Shown piece after piece: positions 50,385 to 60,870 of a stretch of 64,000 bases of DNA. The translations under genes were made by a program, and so were the position numbers. The stretch covers positions 273 to 64,272 of the forward strand of contig JAUMYU010000001.1 in the NCBI GenBank assembly GCA_030528485.1. The letters are read 5' to 3'. Position 1 is the stretch's first letter, and each line of letters begins with the position of its first letter. This DNA comes from Comamonadaceae bacterium. GTDB lineage: Bacteria; Pseudomonadota; Gammaproteobacteria; Burkholderiales; Burkholderiaceae_C. Below the pieces are notes generated by a model. It worked only from the letters and a program-made list of their open reading frames with translations. It was not told the origin of the DNA and did not search any database.

Positions 50385-53300
50385 TTATCTCGGGGTGGGG
50401 GGCTGCCTGTTGAGGCGAGCGATTTCTGCATAAGCGGCGGCGGCCTGCTTGGCGCGGGCGATGGCAGCCTCTTTGGCCTCGGCTTCGTCTTCGAGCTTGC
50501 GCGCGTGGTAGCGGTGGCCGCGGGTGGATTGGTGGGCCAGCGCGGTGAGGATGAGCAGCACCGAGCCGACAACGACGGCAAACACCGCCAGGTCAAAAAA
50601 CATGGCGCTGGCGATGTGGATTTCTTCGTTCAGATAGGGCAGGTGCACATGCATCATGTGCGTGGTCATGAAGGGGTAGTCAAAGTACAGCGAGCCGGCC
50701 CCGGTGACGATGGCGCACAGCAGGCCGAAGGCGATCCAGCGGCGCGGATAAAGCGTGATGTTGGCCTCAACCCACTCGGTGCCCGAGATGATGTATTGCA
50801 GCAGCAGGCCCAGCGAAAAGATCAGCCCGGCCACAAAGCCGCCGCCCGGCTCGTTGTGGCCGCGCAGGAAGAAATACACCGCCACCATGGTGGTGATGGG
50901 CAGCAGCAGGCGCACCAGCACCGCGGGGACGGTGAGGTAGCCAATGGCCGTGTCTTTGGCCTGGCGGGGGTTGAACAGGTCGGTAATCAAGTCGCCGGGC
51001 AGCACGCGCTGCTGCATGGGCAAATCCATGGTTTCGCGCGCGGGGCGGAAGCGCCGCAGCAAGGCGTACACCGTCAGGCCGACGATGGCCAGCACCACGA
51101 TTTCCCCGAAAGTGTCGAACGCGCGGAAATCCACCAGCATCACGTTGACGACGTTGGTGCCGCCGCCTTCGCTGAGCGCGCGCTCCAGGAAGAAGGTGGA
51201 GGTGCTTTCGGCAAACGGGCGGCTGAGCATGGCATAGGTCAGCAAGGCCATGCCGCAACCGGCCACCAGGGCGATGAGAAAGTCGCGCGCGCGCCGCGCC
51301 TGGGCGATGCTCAAATCCACCTCGCGCACCACGGGGCGGATGGTTTTGTCGCGCACGGGCAGCCAGCGCAGGCCCAGCAGCAGCAAGATGGTGGTGACGA
51401 TTTCCACCGTCAACTGCGTCAGCCCCAGATCGGGGGCGGAAAACCACAAGAACGTGATGGCCACGCACAGCCCGGTGGCGCCCAGCAGGGTCATTGCGGC
51501 CAGGCGGTGGTATTTGGCTTGCCAGGCGGCAGCGATGGCGCAGAGCATGCCCAGGAACCACAGGGTGGAAAAGCCCGGCGAGTGCGTCATCATGGGCCGC
51601 TCGCCAATCGTCAGCCCGTCTTTCCACAGGGGCAGGCCCACGGCCAGGAACGTCACCATCATCAGCCAGAACATTTGCCATTGCAGGCGCTGCGTTGTCA
51701 GGCGCGAGCGCAGGGCGCGGCTTTTGCGCGAAGTCCAGGCCAGCAGGTATTCAAAAATGCGCTTGCCGGTCAACGTCCAGGTAAAGGCGTAATCCTTGAA
51801 GTAGTTTTTGCCGCGCAGCGGACGGATGACGAGGAAGAACAGCGCCAACCCCACGCCCAGGGCGACCATGCTCATCTGGAACGGCCGGTTCCAGCCGTGC
51901 CAGACGGCCAGGCTGTATTCAGGCAGATCGCCCACCACAGGCTGGGCGGCCACGGCCAGGAAATTGCCCACCATCAGGGCGGGGAAAGCGCCCACCAGCA
52001 GGCACAGCACAACCAGCAAGCCCACGGGCACGTTCATCCAGATGGGCGGGTCGTGCGGGGTCTTGGGCAAATCTTCCGCTGGCGGGCCAAAGAACACGTC
52101 GTAGGCAAAATGCAGCGAGTAAATGACGCTGAAAATGCCAAACAGCACGGCCAATACCGGCAGGCTGGCCTGGATGTAGGCGGGCGCGTGTACCAGCACG
52201 GTTTCCGCGAAGAACATTTCTTTGGAGAGAAAGCCGTTGAAAAACGGCACGCCTGCCATGGCCATGGTGGCCACGATGGCCAGCGTCCCCGTCAGGGGCA
52301 TGAGCTTGTACAGGCCCGAGAGGCGGCGAATGTCGCGCGTGCCGGTTTCATGGTCCACGATGCCCACCACCATGAACAGCGACGCTTTGAAGGTGGCGTG
52401 GTTGATGATGTGAAACACCGCTGCCACGGCCGCCAGCTCGCGGTTCAGGCCCAGCAGCAGCGTAATCAGCCCCAGGTGGGAGATGGTCGAATAGGCCAGC
52501 AGCCCTTTGAGATCGTTCTGGAACATGGCCATGAACGAGCCAAACAGCAGCGTGGCAGCGCCCATGCTGCTGACCAGCCAAAACCATTCTTCGGTGCCGC
52601 TGAGCACAGGCCAGAAGCGCGCCAGCAGAAACACTCCCGCCTTGACCATGGTGGCCGAGTGTAAATACGCCGAGACGGGCGTGGGCGCGGCCATGGCGTT
52701 GGGCAGCCAGAAGTGAAACGGCACCTGGGCGCTTTTGCTGAATGCACCCAGCAGGATCAGGCATAAAGCGGTGGTGTAGGCGGGGTGGTTGCGGATTTGC
52801 GAGCCTGCCGCCAGCACGTTGTCCAGGTCGTAGCTGCCCACGATATGCCCCAGCAGCAGCATGCCTGCGAACAGGCACAGCCCGCCCGCGCCCGTGACGG
52901 TGAGGGCCATGCGCGCGCCGCGCCGCGCATCCTTGCGGTGGTGCCAGTAGCCAATCAGCAAGAAGGAGTAAATGCTGGTCAGCTCCCAGAAAAAGGAGAG
53001 CTGGATGATGTTGCCCGAGAGCACCACCCCCGCCATGGAGCCCATGAAGGCCAGCAAGAAGGAGAAAAAGCGCGGCACCGGGTCTTTGGGCGACATGTAA
53101 TAGCGCGCGTACAGCACCACCAGCGCGCCAATGCCATAGACCAGCATGGCAAACATCCAGGCAAAGCCGTCCATGCGCAGATTGAGGTTCAACCCGTAGG
53201 AGGTCAGCCAGAGAAACTCTTGCTCGATCACTTCGCCGCCGCTGATGGCGGGATAGTGCAACCCCAGTTGCACCGCGCAAAACAGCGCGATCAACCCGGC

Positions 53301-53402
53301 CAGCGTCGATTCGCTATTGCGCGCATTGGACGGCAGGATGACGGCCAACAAGCTGCCGATGAACGGCAACAAAACAATGGTGCTGAGGGTGACGGGCTGC
53401 AT
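50385..53402 (-). CDS. phaA: Antiporter subunit A (fused MrpA+B)
   Basis: KSAQVPFHFWLPNAMAAPTPVSAYLHSATMVKAG, DFRAFDTFGE, GHNEPGGGF; 1005 aa. Confidence 0.93.
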   Translation of the reverse strand: MQPVTLSTIVLLPFIGSLLAVILPSNARNSESTLAGLIALFCAVQLGLHYPAISGGEVIEQEFLWLTSYGLNLNLRMDGFAWMFAMLVYGIGALVVLYARYYMSPKDPVPRFFSFLLAFMGSMAGVVLSGNIIQLSFFWELTSIYSFLLIGYWHHRKDARRGARMALTVTGAGGLCLFAGMLLLGHIVGSYDLDNVLAAGSQIRNHPAYTTALCLILLGAFSKSAQVPFHFWLPNAMAAPTPVSAYLHSATMVKAGVFLLARFWPVLSGTEEWFWLVSSMGAATLLFGSFMAMFQNDLKGLLAYSTISHLGLITLLLGLNRELAAVAAVFHIINHATFKASLFMVVGIVDHETGTRDIRRLSGLYKLMPLTGTLAIVATMAMAGVPFFNGFLSKEMFFAETVLVHAPAYIQASLPVLAVLFGIFSVIYSLHFAYDVFFGPPAEDLPKTPHDPPIWMNVPVGLLVVLCLLVGAFPALMVGNFLAVAAQPVVGDLPEYSLAVWHGWNRPFQMSMVALGVGLALFFLVIRPLRGKNYFKDYAFTWTLTGKRIFEYLLAWTSRKSRALRSRLTTQRLQWQMFWLMMVTFLAVGLPLWKDGLTIGERPMMTHSPGFSTLWFLGMLCAIAAAWQAKYHRLAAMTLLGATGLCVAITFLWFSAPDLGLTQLTVEIVTTILLLLGLRWLPVRDKTIRPVVREVDLSIAQARRARDFLIALVAGCGMALLTYAMLSRPFAESTSTFFLERALSEGGGTNVVNVMLVDFRAFDTFGEIVVLAIVGLTVYALLRRFRPARETMDLPMQQRVLPGDLITDLFNPRQAKDTAIGYLTVPAVLVRLLLPITTMVAVYFFLRGHNEPGGGFVAGLIFSLGLLLQYIISGTEWVEANITLYPRRWIAFGLLCAIVTGAGSLYFDYPFMTTHMMHVHLPYLNEEIHIASAMFFDLAVFAVVVGSVLLILTALAHQSTRGHRYHARKLEDEAEAKEAAIARAKQAAAAYAEIARLNRQPPTPR

Positions 53403-53549
53403 AGGGCGCGGATTTTACGGGCAGCCATCTCTGCCAACCGTGAAGAAACGGCATAAATGGCTTTTTTTTCAAAGGGTTGCGAGCGAATCCACAGGCCCAA
53501 GCCCCTGTTTCAAAGAAGCGCGTGCCGCGCAGGGATTCTGAACAGGTTT

Positions 53550-54278
53550 TTATGCGCCTGTCCGCTCCAGGCGGACCCACCGCCCGTCTTGCAAAATTTC
53601 GCAAGGCAAAAAACGGGTTTTGTAGGCCATCTTGGCGCAGCCCTCAATCCAGTAGCCCAGATACACATGGGCCAGGCCCAACTGGCGTGCCCAATGGACG
53701 AGCCACAGAATGCTGAAAGTGCCCAGGCCGTTGATGGCGTCGTCGTAAAAGGTATAGACCGCTGACAGCCCCTGTTGCAATACATCGACCACGCTGACCA
53801 TGCGCAGATGCGCTCCACTTTGCTCGCTGACAGCCCAGAACTCCACCAGTTGCGTATTGACGCGGCTACGCAGCAAAAGCTGCTCGTAATCGCTGGCACT
53901 GTCGCTATCCATCCCCCCGCCGCTGTGGCGCGCTTTCAGGTAACGCCGGTACAGCGCGTAATGCTCGGCTTGCATCCGGGGTGCAACGATGCGCACCGTT
54001 AGCCCCTGATGCTGCCGCCAGGTGCGCCGTTGGCTGCGGTTGGGTGCAAAAGACTGCACGGGCAGGCGCAGGGTTTGGCACGCATTGCAGCCTTGGCAGA
54101 GAGGGCGATAGGTAAACAGGCCGCTGCGCCGGAAACCTTTGTCCACCAATGCCGAATACACCTGGGTATCCACCACGTCCCCCGGCGTGACCAGCAGCGA
54201 GCGCGCCGTCGCCCCGGGCAGGTAACTGCATGGGTAAGGCGCGGTGACGGAAAGGGGCAGGAACGAGCGGGTGGTCAT
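53550..54278 (-). CDS. Arginyltransferase-like (Ate/Bpt) aminoacyl transferase
   Basis: PCSYLPG, GFRRSG, YRPLC..C.AC, LSAVYTFY, VYLGYWI, KMAYK. Confidence 0.88.
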   Translation of the reverse strand: MTTRSFLPLSVTAPYPCSYLPGATARSLLVTPGDVVDTQVYSALVDKGFRRSGLFTYRPLCQGCNACQTLRLPVQSFAPNRSQRRTWRQHQGLTVRIVAPRMQAEHYALYRRYLKARHSGGGMDSDSASDYEQLLLRSRVNTQLVEFWAVSEQSGAHLRMVSVVDVLQQGLSAVYTFYDDAINGLGTFSILWLVHWARQLGLAHVYLGYWIEGCAKMAYKTRFLPCEILQDGRWVRLERTGA

Positions 54279-54301
54279 GGGCTGTATCGGCAAACGCCAT
54301 C

Positions 54302-55741
54302 CTAACGCTGGCTGCGTTTGCGCAGGGCGCTGGCGCAAGCGGCGAGCAAGGCGCAGGCGGCGGCGATGGCAAACGCGGTTTGCGGGCCTTGCAGAACGTG
54401 CGGCGGGGGCAGAAAGGCGAATACGCCAGCGGCCAGGGCAGAGCCGAGCGATTGTCCCGTCAGGCGCGCCGTGCCTTGCATGCCGCCCGCAGCGCCGCTG
54501 CGCTCGGGCGGGCCGCTGGTGAGGATGATGTGGTTATTGGGCGTTTGAAACAGACCAAAGCCCGCGCCGCTGAGCGCCAGCGCGGCGCCCATCCACCAGG
54601 GCGAGGCGTACAGCGGCATCCAGGCCAGGGCGGTCATGCCCGCGGCGAGCATCAGCATCCCCGTCGCGCCCAGCAGGCTGCCGGGCCAGCGCCCGACCAG
54701 TCGCCCCGCCAGCGGCGCAATCAGGGCGATGCTGATGGGCCAAATGCTCACCAGCAGCCCAGTCCACAGCGGCGGGTGGTGCAGGATGGACATGCTCAAG
54801 AAAGGCAGGGCGATCATGGCGAGCATCTGGGCGCTGAAGGCGCTGATCGAGGCGCACATGGAGAGGGCAAACACCGGAATGCGCAGCAAATCCAGCGGCA
54901 GCAGCGGCGCGGGCAAATGCCATTGGCGCCGCACATACCAGGCCCCCAGCGCCAGCCCCAGAGCCAGCGCGGCGAGGGCCTGCCAGCCTTCGTCGGTGAG
55001 CCTGCCTTGCCCGAAGCCGTGGGCCACCAGCCGATCCAGCCCCCAAAACAGCAGGGCGAATGTGGCGATGTTGAGCAGCCAATCCAGCGCGGCCAGGGGC
55101 GGGGGCGTGGCAAGTGGCGGACGCGATGGCAGGTGGCGTCGGCCTTGCCAGAGGGTGAGGGCGGCCAGCGGCGCGCCCAGGGCGAACAGCCAGGGCCAAT
55201 CCAGCGCGGAGAGGATGAGCGCGGCCAGCGTGGGGCCGGTGACGGCGGCGACGGCCACCGTGGTGGCGTTGAGCGCAAAGCCGCGCCCCAACAGGGCGGC
55301 AGGGTAGGTCAGGCGCACGATGGCGGGCGAAACGCCCATGATGGCCGCCCCCGCCGCGCCCACCAGCACGCGGCAGGCCACGAGCTGCCACAGGCTTTGC
55401 GCCAGCGTGCACAGCAGCGAGGCGGCGGCAAACACCGCCATGCCCCAGAGGTAAACGCGGCGGTAATCGAGCCGCTCGCCCAGCGAGGCCATGGGCAGGA
55501 TGAGGCCGAGCACGGCCAACTGGTAGCCGGTGACGATCCACACGGCCGAGGAGGCGGAAGTCTCGAAAGTGCGGGCGATGCGGGGCAGGGCCAGGGTGAC
55601 GATGGAGCTATCGAGCACGACCAGCGTCAGCCCCAGCAGGATGACGAAAACGCTGCGCCGCCGCGGGCCTGGCGGCAAGCCGTCGCCATAGCGGGCGCTG
55701 GAGGCGGGTGCAGGGCGGGCGGGCGCGGTGTTTCGGGGCAT
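54302..55741 (-). CDS. MFS transporter (DHA2-like, 14 TM)
   Basis: LDSSIVTLALP, FQTPNN, GAAGGMQGTARLTGQ. Confidence 0.88.
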   Translation of the reverse strand: MPRNTAPARPAPASSARYGDGLPPGPRRRSVFVILLGLTLVVLDSSIVTLALPRIARTFETSASSAVWIVTGYQLAVLGLILPMASLGERLDYRRVYLWGMAVFAAASLLCTLAQSLWQLVACRVLVGAAGAAIMGVSPAIVRLTYPAALLGRGFALNATTVAVAAVTGPTLAALILSALDWPWLFALGAPLAALTLWQGRRHLPSRPPLATPPPLAALDWLLNIATFALLFWGLDRLVAHGFGQGRLTDEGWQALAALALGLALGAWYVRRQWHLPAPLLPLDLLRIPVFALSMCASISAFSAQMLAMIALPFLSMSILHHPPLWTGLLVSIWPISIALIAPLAGRLVGRWPGSLLGATGMLMLAAGMTALAWMPLYASPWWMGAALALSGAGFGLFQTPNNHIILTSGPPERSGAAGGMQGTARLTGQSLGSALAAGVFAFLPPPHVLQGPQTAFAIAAACALLAACASALRKRSQR

Positions 55742-55748
55742 GGGAATT

Positions 55749-55823
55749 TTATCAATCAAAAGGAAAATAAATACCCTTGTTTTGGCATGATGGTATTGAA
55801 ATTGATTTTCCTTTGATTTGTTT
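55749..55823 (+). repeat. AT-rich inverted-arm element, copy 12 (75 bp)
   Basis: TTATCAATCAAAAGGAAA...TGTTTTGGCA...TTTGATTTGTTT. Confidence 0.9.
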
Positions 55824-55867
55824 TTTGGGGTGGTGTTGCGCCTGTGCCCCTCATGCTGCTGGGGCGT

Positions 55868-57553
55868 TCAGGGCTGGGGCCTTCCTCCATCGGCGGCGCT
55901 GTTGGCGTTGCTGCCATCGCTGCCATCGGGGCGCTGGGCGGCTGGCTTGCGGCGTCTGCGGCGGCGTTTTTTGGCGGCGGGGGCATCGGTTGCGCCGTTG
56001 GCCTGCGGCGCTGCGGGCGGGGCGCTGTCGTCGCCGGCGGCGTTGGGGGCATCGGCGGCGTCGGCATTCGGCGTGGCAGCGGGCTTGCGCGTGCGGCGCG
56101 CGGATTTGCTTTTGCCGCTGCCGCCCGCCTGCTGGCTGTGCAGGCGGGCTTGTTCCAGCAGATCGGCGCGGGCGTCGTCATCGGCCAGGCTGAGTGCTTC
56201 CCACCACTGCACCAGCGCTTGCAGCGGCTCGCCAGTGCGTGCGCGCAGGCGCAAAAAGTCCAGCCCGGCGCGAAAGCGCGGCTGTTCAATGAGGTTGAGC
56301 GGGGCTTTGCCCGTGCGGCGCTCAAAGCGTGGCTGCATCATCCAGATTTCACGCATTTCCGCCCCCAGCTTGCCGCGGCCGGAGACTTCGCCAACGCGGC
56401 GCTCGAAGACGTCGCTGATGGCGTCAGACAGCGCGGGCGTGGGGTGCTCGCCCTGGGCCAGGGCGCGCTCCCATTGGGTTTGCACATCGTTCCACAGCAG
56501 GCAGGCGAGCAAGAAGCTGGGCGCCACGGGTTTGCCTTCGGCCACGCGGCGGTCGGTGTCTTGCAAGGCCAGGCGCACCAGCGGCCAGTCGGCGCGGGCC
56601 ACGGCCAGATCGAGCAGGGGATAGACGCCACGGCCCAGCCCCAGCGCGCGCAACTGCGCTACCGAGGCCAGGGCATGGCCGGTTTGCAGCAGCTTGAGCA
56701 TTTCGTCGAACATGCGGCTGGGGGGGATGTCTTCGAGCAGCGGCAGCAGCAGGGCGATGGGGCGGGCGGTGGCGCTGTCGAGGGTGAAGCCCAGCGCGTC
56801 GAGCTTGGCGGCAAAGCGGATGGCGCGCAGCATGCGCACGGGGTCTTCGCGGTAGCGCGTCTCGGCGTTGCCGATCATGCGGATGGTGCGCTGGCGGGCG
56901 TCGCCGATGCCGCCGTGGTAATCGACCACGGTTTGCGAGCGCGGGTCGTAGTACATGGCGTTGATGCTGAAGTCGCGCCGGGCGGCATCTTCTTGCTGGC
57001 TGCCCCAGACGTTGTCGCGCAGCACGCGCCCGCTGCTGTCCACGGCGTGGCGCACGCCCGCCAGGGCCTGGCGGCTGGTTTTTTCGTTGCCATGCACGCG
57101 CTCGGCGCTGGCGTTGTCGGTAAAGCCGCGGAAGGTGGTGACTTCGATGACCTCGTGCTCGCGCCCACGCCCAAAGACCACGTGCACGATGCGAAAGCGC
57201 CGTCCGATGATGAAGGCTCGCCTGAACAGGCTTTTGACCTGCTCGGGCGTGGCGTTGGTGGCGACGTCGAAATCCTTGGGGCGCAGGCCCAGCAACAGGT
57301 CGCGCACGGCGCCGCCGACGATGTAGGCCTCATAGCCTGCATCTTGCAGGGTGTGCACGACTTCCTGCGCGCGCCGATCCACCAGTGTGGGATCGATCCC
57401 GTGGGTGCGTGCGGGCACTTCGTTGCGTTGGCCCAGAGGGTGGCCCGCAGCCGGGGCTTTGGCCGCAGCAGGGCTGCGCCTAGCGCGCGGGGCGGCGGTG
57501 GAGGCGCCCGTGCGGCGTTTGCCCAGCAGCTTGTCGATGAATTGCTTGATCAT
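55868..57553 (-). CDS. pcnB: Poly(A) polymerase I
   Basis: VGGAVRDLL, KDFDVAT, IIGRRFRIVHV (PAP I signature), RRDFSINA, EDPVRMLRA, basic C-terminal tail. Confidence 0.94.
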   Translation of the reverse strand: MIKQFIDKLLGKRRTGASTAAPRARRSPAAAKAPAAGHPLGQRNEVPARTHGIDPTLVDRRAQEVVHTLQDAGYEAYIVGGAVRDLLLGLRPKDFDVATNATPEQVKSLFRRAFIIGRRFRIVHVVFGRGREHEVIEVTTFRGFTDNASAERVHGNEKTSRQALAGVRHAVDSSGRVLRDNVWGSQQEDAARRDFSINAMYYDPRSQTVVDYHGGIGDARQRTIRMIGNAETRYREDPVRMLRAIRFAAKLDALGFTLDSATARPIALLLPLLEDIPPSRMFDEMLKLLQTGHALASVAQLRALGLGRGVYPLLDLAVARADWPLVRLALQDTDRRVAEGKPVAPSFLLACLLWNDVQTQWERALAQGEHPTPALSDAISDVFERRVGEVSGRGKLGAEMREIWMMQPRFERRTGKAPLNLIEQPRFRAGLDFLRLRARTGEPLQALVQWWEALSLADDDARADLLEQARLHSQQAGGSGKSKSARRTRKPAATPNADAADAPNAAGDDSAPPAAPQANGATDAPAAKKRRRRRRKPAAQRPDGSDGSNANSAADGGRPQP

Positions 57554-58257
57554 GTCTTGGTGAATAAATCCAGAATGCGCCAGCCGCGCGCCAGGGCGTG
57601 CTGGCGCAGGCGCTCGTCGGGATTGGTGGCGACGGGGGTGTCCACTTTTTCCAGCAGCGGCAGGTCGTTGCTGGAATCGCTGTAGAAGGTGGTGTGCACA
57701 TCGCCCCAATCCCAGCCGCGAGCGGCCAGCCATTGCGCCACGCGCGTGACTTTGCCTGCGCGCGAGGTGGGCACGCCTGCGATGCGCCCGTCGTACCAGC
57801 CGCTGGCATCGCGCTCCAGCTCCACGGCCAGCAGCTCGGGCACGTTCAGGGCCTGGGCGATGGGCTCGGTGACGAAGCGGTTGGTGGCGGTGACGATCAG
57901 CAGCGTATCGCCCGCTGCGCGGTGCCGCTGTAGCAGTTGCAGCGCGGGCGGCAGCAAGGCGGGCGCGATGACTTCGGCCATGAACTGGCGATGGGCCTGG
58001 GCGGCGGCCTCGGGGCCGATGCGGCGAATGGCCTCGGTGGCAAAGCGCACGTATTCGGCCAAATCCAGCGTGCCCTCTTTGTACTGCCGGAAAAACTCCG
58101 CATTGCGCCGGGCAAAGTCGGCGCCATCAACCAGCCCCTGGCGGGCGGTGAACTGGCCCCATTCATAGTCGGAATCGATGGGCAGCAGGGTGTGGTCCAG
58201 ATCGAATAACGCCAGGCGGGGCCTGGCGCAGGAGAGAGAGGCGGTGGATTCGGTCAT
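57550..58257 (-). CDS. HAD-IB family hydrolase
   Basis: FDLDHTLL, VTATN, YSDSSNDLPLL, NPD. Confidence 0.9.
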   Translation of the reverse strand: MTESTASLSCARPRLALFDLDHTLLPIDSDYEWGQFTARQGLVDGADFARRNAEFFRQYKEGTLDLAEYVRFATEAIRRIGPEAAAQAHRQFMAEVIAPALLPPALQLLQRHRAAGDTLLIVTATNRFVTEPIAQALNVPELLAVELERDASGWYDGRIAGVPTSRAGKVTRVAQWLAARGWDWGDVHTTFYSDSSNDLPLLEKVDTPVATNPDERLRQHALARGWRILDLFTKT

Positions 58258-58489
58258 GCCAGAAAGGGGCAGGGCGGCCCAAGCATTGGGGCGATGCGAG
58301 TCGCCCGGCGCACGGCGTGCATGCCGTGGTTGCGTGCATGGGATGCCGCATTGGGGGAGGGGGAAAACCTGCGCGCGACGCCATGACGCGCCTGGGCAAA
58401 GCGGAGCATTTTCTCACGGATGGGCGCGGCCCTGAAGGGGGCTGGCCGGTTTGCGATAATCGCGGCCTTTTTCCCTTATAGGGCCAGCC

Positions 58490-59290
58490 ATGCTTTCTCG
58501 CCTGCGAGCCGATATCCGATGCATTCTTGAGCGCGACCCTGCCGCGCGCAACGCTTGGGAGGTGTTGACCTGTTACCCAGGCTTGCACGCGATTTGGATG
58601 CATCGCCTTGCCCACTGGTTTTGGCTGCATGGCCTCAAATGGCTGGGGCGCTTTACCTCACACCTCAGCCGCATGGTGACGGGCATTGAAATCCACCCGG
58701 GCGCGCAATTGGGGCAAGGGGTGTTTATCGACCACGGTATGGGGGTGGTCATTGGCGAGACGGCCGAAGTGGGCGACGGCGTCACCATCTACCAAGGCGT
58801 GACGCTGGGCGGCACCTCTTTGCACAAAGGTAGCAAGCGCCACCCGAGCATTGGCGCGGGCGCCATCATCGGCGCCAATGCGCAAGTACTGGGCGGCTTC
58901 GAGGTGGGCGAAGGCGCCAAGATTGGCAGCAACGCCGTAGTCACCAAGCCGGTGCCTGCCGGCGCTACCGCAGTGGGCAATCCGGCGCGCATCATCCACG
59001 CCGAAAGCGATCAGCGCAGGGAGGAGGCGTCCGCCCGCATGGGCTTTAGGGCTTACGGCGTCACGCAAAGCGATGATCCCGTTTCGCAGGCGCTCAAGGG
59101 CTTGATCGATACGGCTGCGCAGTCGGAGGAGCAAATCCAGCGCTTGTGGCAGGCGCTGGAACAACTGCGCCAAAACCAGCCGACAGCGCCCAGCGCCGCC
59201 TCGCGCCAGGACGCGCCCCAAAGCGGGCCTGAAGGGCCAGGCCAAGGGGCCAGCGAACTGCAAAAGCTGCGCGAAATGATGGATGAATAA
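58490..59290 (+). CDS. cysE: Serine O-acetyltransferase
   Basis: [30 protein letters not shown]. Confidence 0.94.
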   Translation: MLSRLRADIRCILERDPAARNAWEVLTCYPGLHAIWMHRLAHWFWLHGLKWLGRFTSHLSRMVTGIEIHPGAQLGQGVFIDHGMGVVIGETAEVGDGVTIYQGVTLGGTSLHKGSKRHPSIGAGAIIGANAQVLGGFEVGEGAKIGSNAVVTKPVPAGATAVGNPARIIHAESDQRREEASARMGFRAYGVTQSDDPVSQALKGLIDTAAQSEEQIQRLWQALEQLRQNQPTAPSAASRQDAPQSGPEGPGQGASELQKLREMMDE

Positions 59291-59543
59291 GCGCGGTCAG
59301 CGCCTGCCTGGGGGCCGTCCCGATGCGCACTTTTTTGCTTGTGACGCCGCCGTGAAAAAGCCCTGCAAGCTTTGTGAACAGGGGGACTGTCGCAAATCCT
59401 GGCGCATGGCAAGCCCCTCGGTTAATGCCACTTGGTTTCGTCTGTCAAGCCATTTCACTACTTGATATTTACAGGGGCTTGGGTGCAGAATACGCTGTTT
59501 TTCGCAACTACTGTTTCTTTTTCTCCCCCCTCTCAATACTGCT

Positions 59544-60071
59544 ATGTCTACTATCGTGGTTCGACCCGCGACGCTGCGCGACGCCAAAGCCATTGCCCAA
59601 ATCCATACTGCCGCCATGCAGGCCGCTTATAAAGGCGTGGTTCCAGACGAACACCTCAAATCGGTCACTGTTGAAAAACGCGTCGCCTATTGGCGCGAAG
59701 CCATTGAATATTGCGAGCCGCAAGTGAAAGTCGCGGTGGAAAACGACAAAATCGTCGGCTTTGTCGGTTTTGACCGCTCGCGCGATGAAAAAACGCGCCC
59801 GACGACGGGTGAAATCTGGGCCATTTATATCGCCCCCAACCACTGGAATAAAGGCGTAGGCGCTGCATTATGGGACGCCGCGCGCGAGGGGTTGCACGAA
59901 GAAGGTTGCACCAATGTCACCGCCTGGGTGCCCCTGCACAACGAACGCGCCCTGAAATTCCATGAAACCGCAGGCTTCGAGCGCGAAGTCAGCAGCGCCA
60001 AGATCGCCAGCATTGGCGGCACGAAGCTGGAGGAAATCCGCTTCAAACGCTCGCTGACCACGGGCCGCTGA
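59544..60071 (+). CDS. GNAT family N-acetyltransferase
   Basis: VRPATLRDA, IYIAPNHWNKGVGAAL, NERALKFHETAGF. Confidence 0.85.
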   Translation: MSTIVVRPATLRDAKAIAQIHTAAMQAAYKGVVPDEHLKSVTVEKRVAYWREAIEYCEPQVKVAVENDKIVGFVGFDRSRDEKTRPTTGEIWAIYIAPNHWNKGVGAALWDAAREGLHEEGCTNVTAWVPLHNERALKFHETAGFEREVSSAKIASIGGTKLEEIRFKRSLTTGR

Positions 60072-60095
60072 GGCCAGGCCGCCGGCGCACAGGCC

Positions 60096-60497
60096 ATGAT
60101 GGATGCCGCGCCCTACGCGGGCGACATCACCCCGGAGACGGCTTGGCAGTGGGCCACGGCGGGCCAGGCCGTCATCATTGACGTGCGCACCCATGCTGAG
60201 TTGGTGTGGGTTGGTCAGGTGCCTGGCGCGCGCTCGGTGCCTTGGAGCCAGTGGCCTGACATGGCATTTAACGCCGATTTTGATGCGCAATTGCGCGCTG
60301 CTGCACCGCCCGACAAGAAAATCCTGATGTTATGCCGCAGTGGCGGTCGCTCGGTGGCAGCCGCTGCGCGTGCGGCGGCATTGGGATTTGAGGCTTTTAA
60401 TATTCTGGAAGGTTTTGAAGGCAGTTTGGACAGAAATGGCCATCGCGGCACGCAAAATGGCTGGCGTTACCGGGGCTTGCCTTGGATTCAGTTTTGA
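60096..60497 (+). CDS. Rhodanese-like domain protein
   Basis: IDVRTHAE, LCRSGGRS, NILEGFEG, GWRYRGLPW. Confidence 0.88.
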   Translation: MMDAAPYAGDITPETAWQWATAGQAVIIDVRTHAELVWVGQVPGARSVPWSQWPDMAFNADFDAQLRAAAPPDKKILMLCRSGGRSVAAAARAAALGFEAFNILEGFEGSLDRNGHRGTQNGWRYRGLPWIQF

Positions 60498-60554
60498 ATG
60501 GCGCAGTTGTGCATAGGGCTTGCGGCGGTTTGAGCCGATTCAACCGGAAAAATC

Positions 60555-60594
60555 AAGAAAACCCAGGCTTGTGTTTGGCCTGGGTTTTCTTTTT
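60555..60594. terminator. Bidirectional terminator
   Basis: AAGAAAACCCAGGC-loop-GCCTGGGTTTTCTT followed by TTT. Confidence 0.75.
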
Positions 60595-60772
60595 GCCCAT
60601 TATTTTCGGGCTGGGGATTTTTGCCGCATTTTCCTTTTGCGCAGGGAAGGCCGATTGAAAATCGGGCTGCGCCTTCGGGATGCGATTTTCCCCATCGGGC
60701 CCCTCAAGGATGCTTTGCGTGCATTCAGGCCGGGTACGGCTGAGCAGGGCGGTATTTGCCCAAAGGGGAGAA

Positions 60773-60846
60773 TTACAATTCAAAGTAAATTTGACTTATT
60801 ACCTATGTTGCCGAAAAAGGCATATTTTTTTGCTTTTGATTTGTAA
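60773..60846 (-). repeat. AT-rich inverted-arm element, copy 13 (74 bp)
   Basis: Reverse complement TTACAAATCAAAAG...TTTTCGGCA...TTTGAATTGTAA. Confidence 0.9.
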
Positions 60847-60870
60847 TTTTATGGGGTGAGGGGGCTTGTT

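Noticed and set aside
55775-55800. Element core TTGGCA as a sigma-54 -24/-12 promoter
   Set aside because: There is no conserved TTGC at the -12 position across copies, and the elements also occur between convergent genes.
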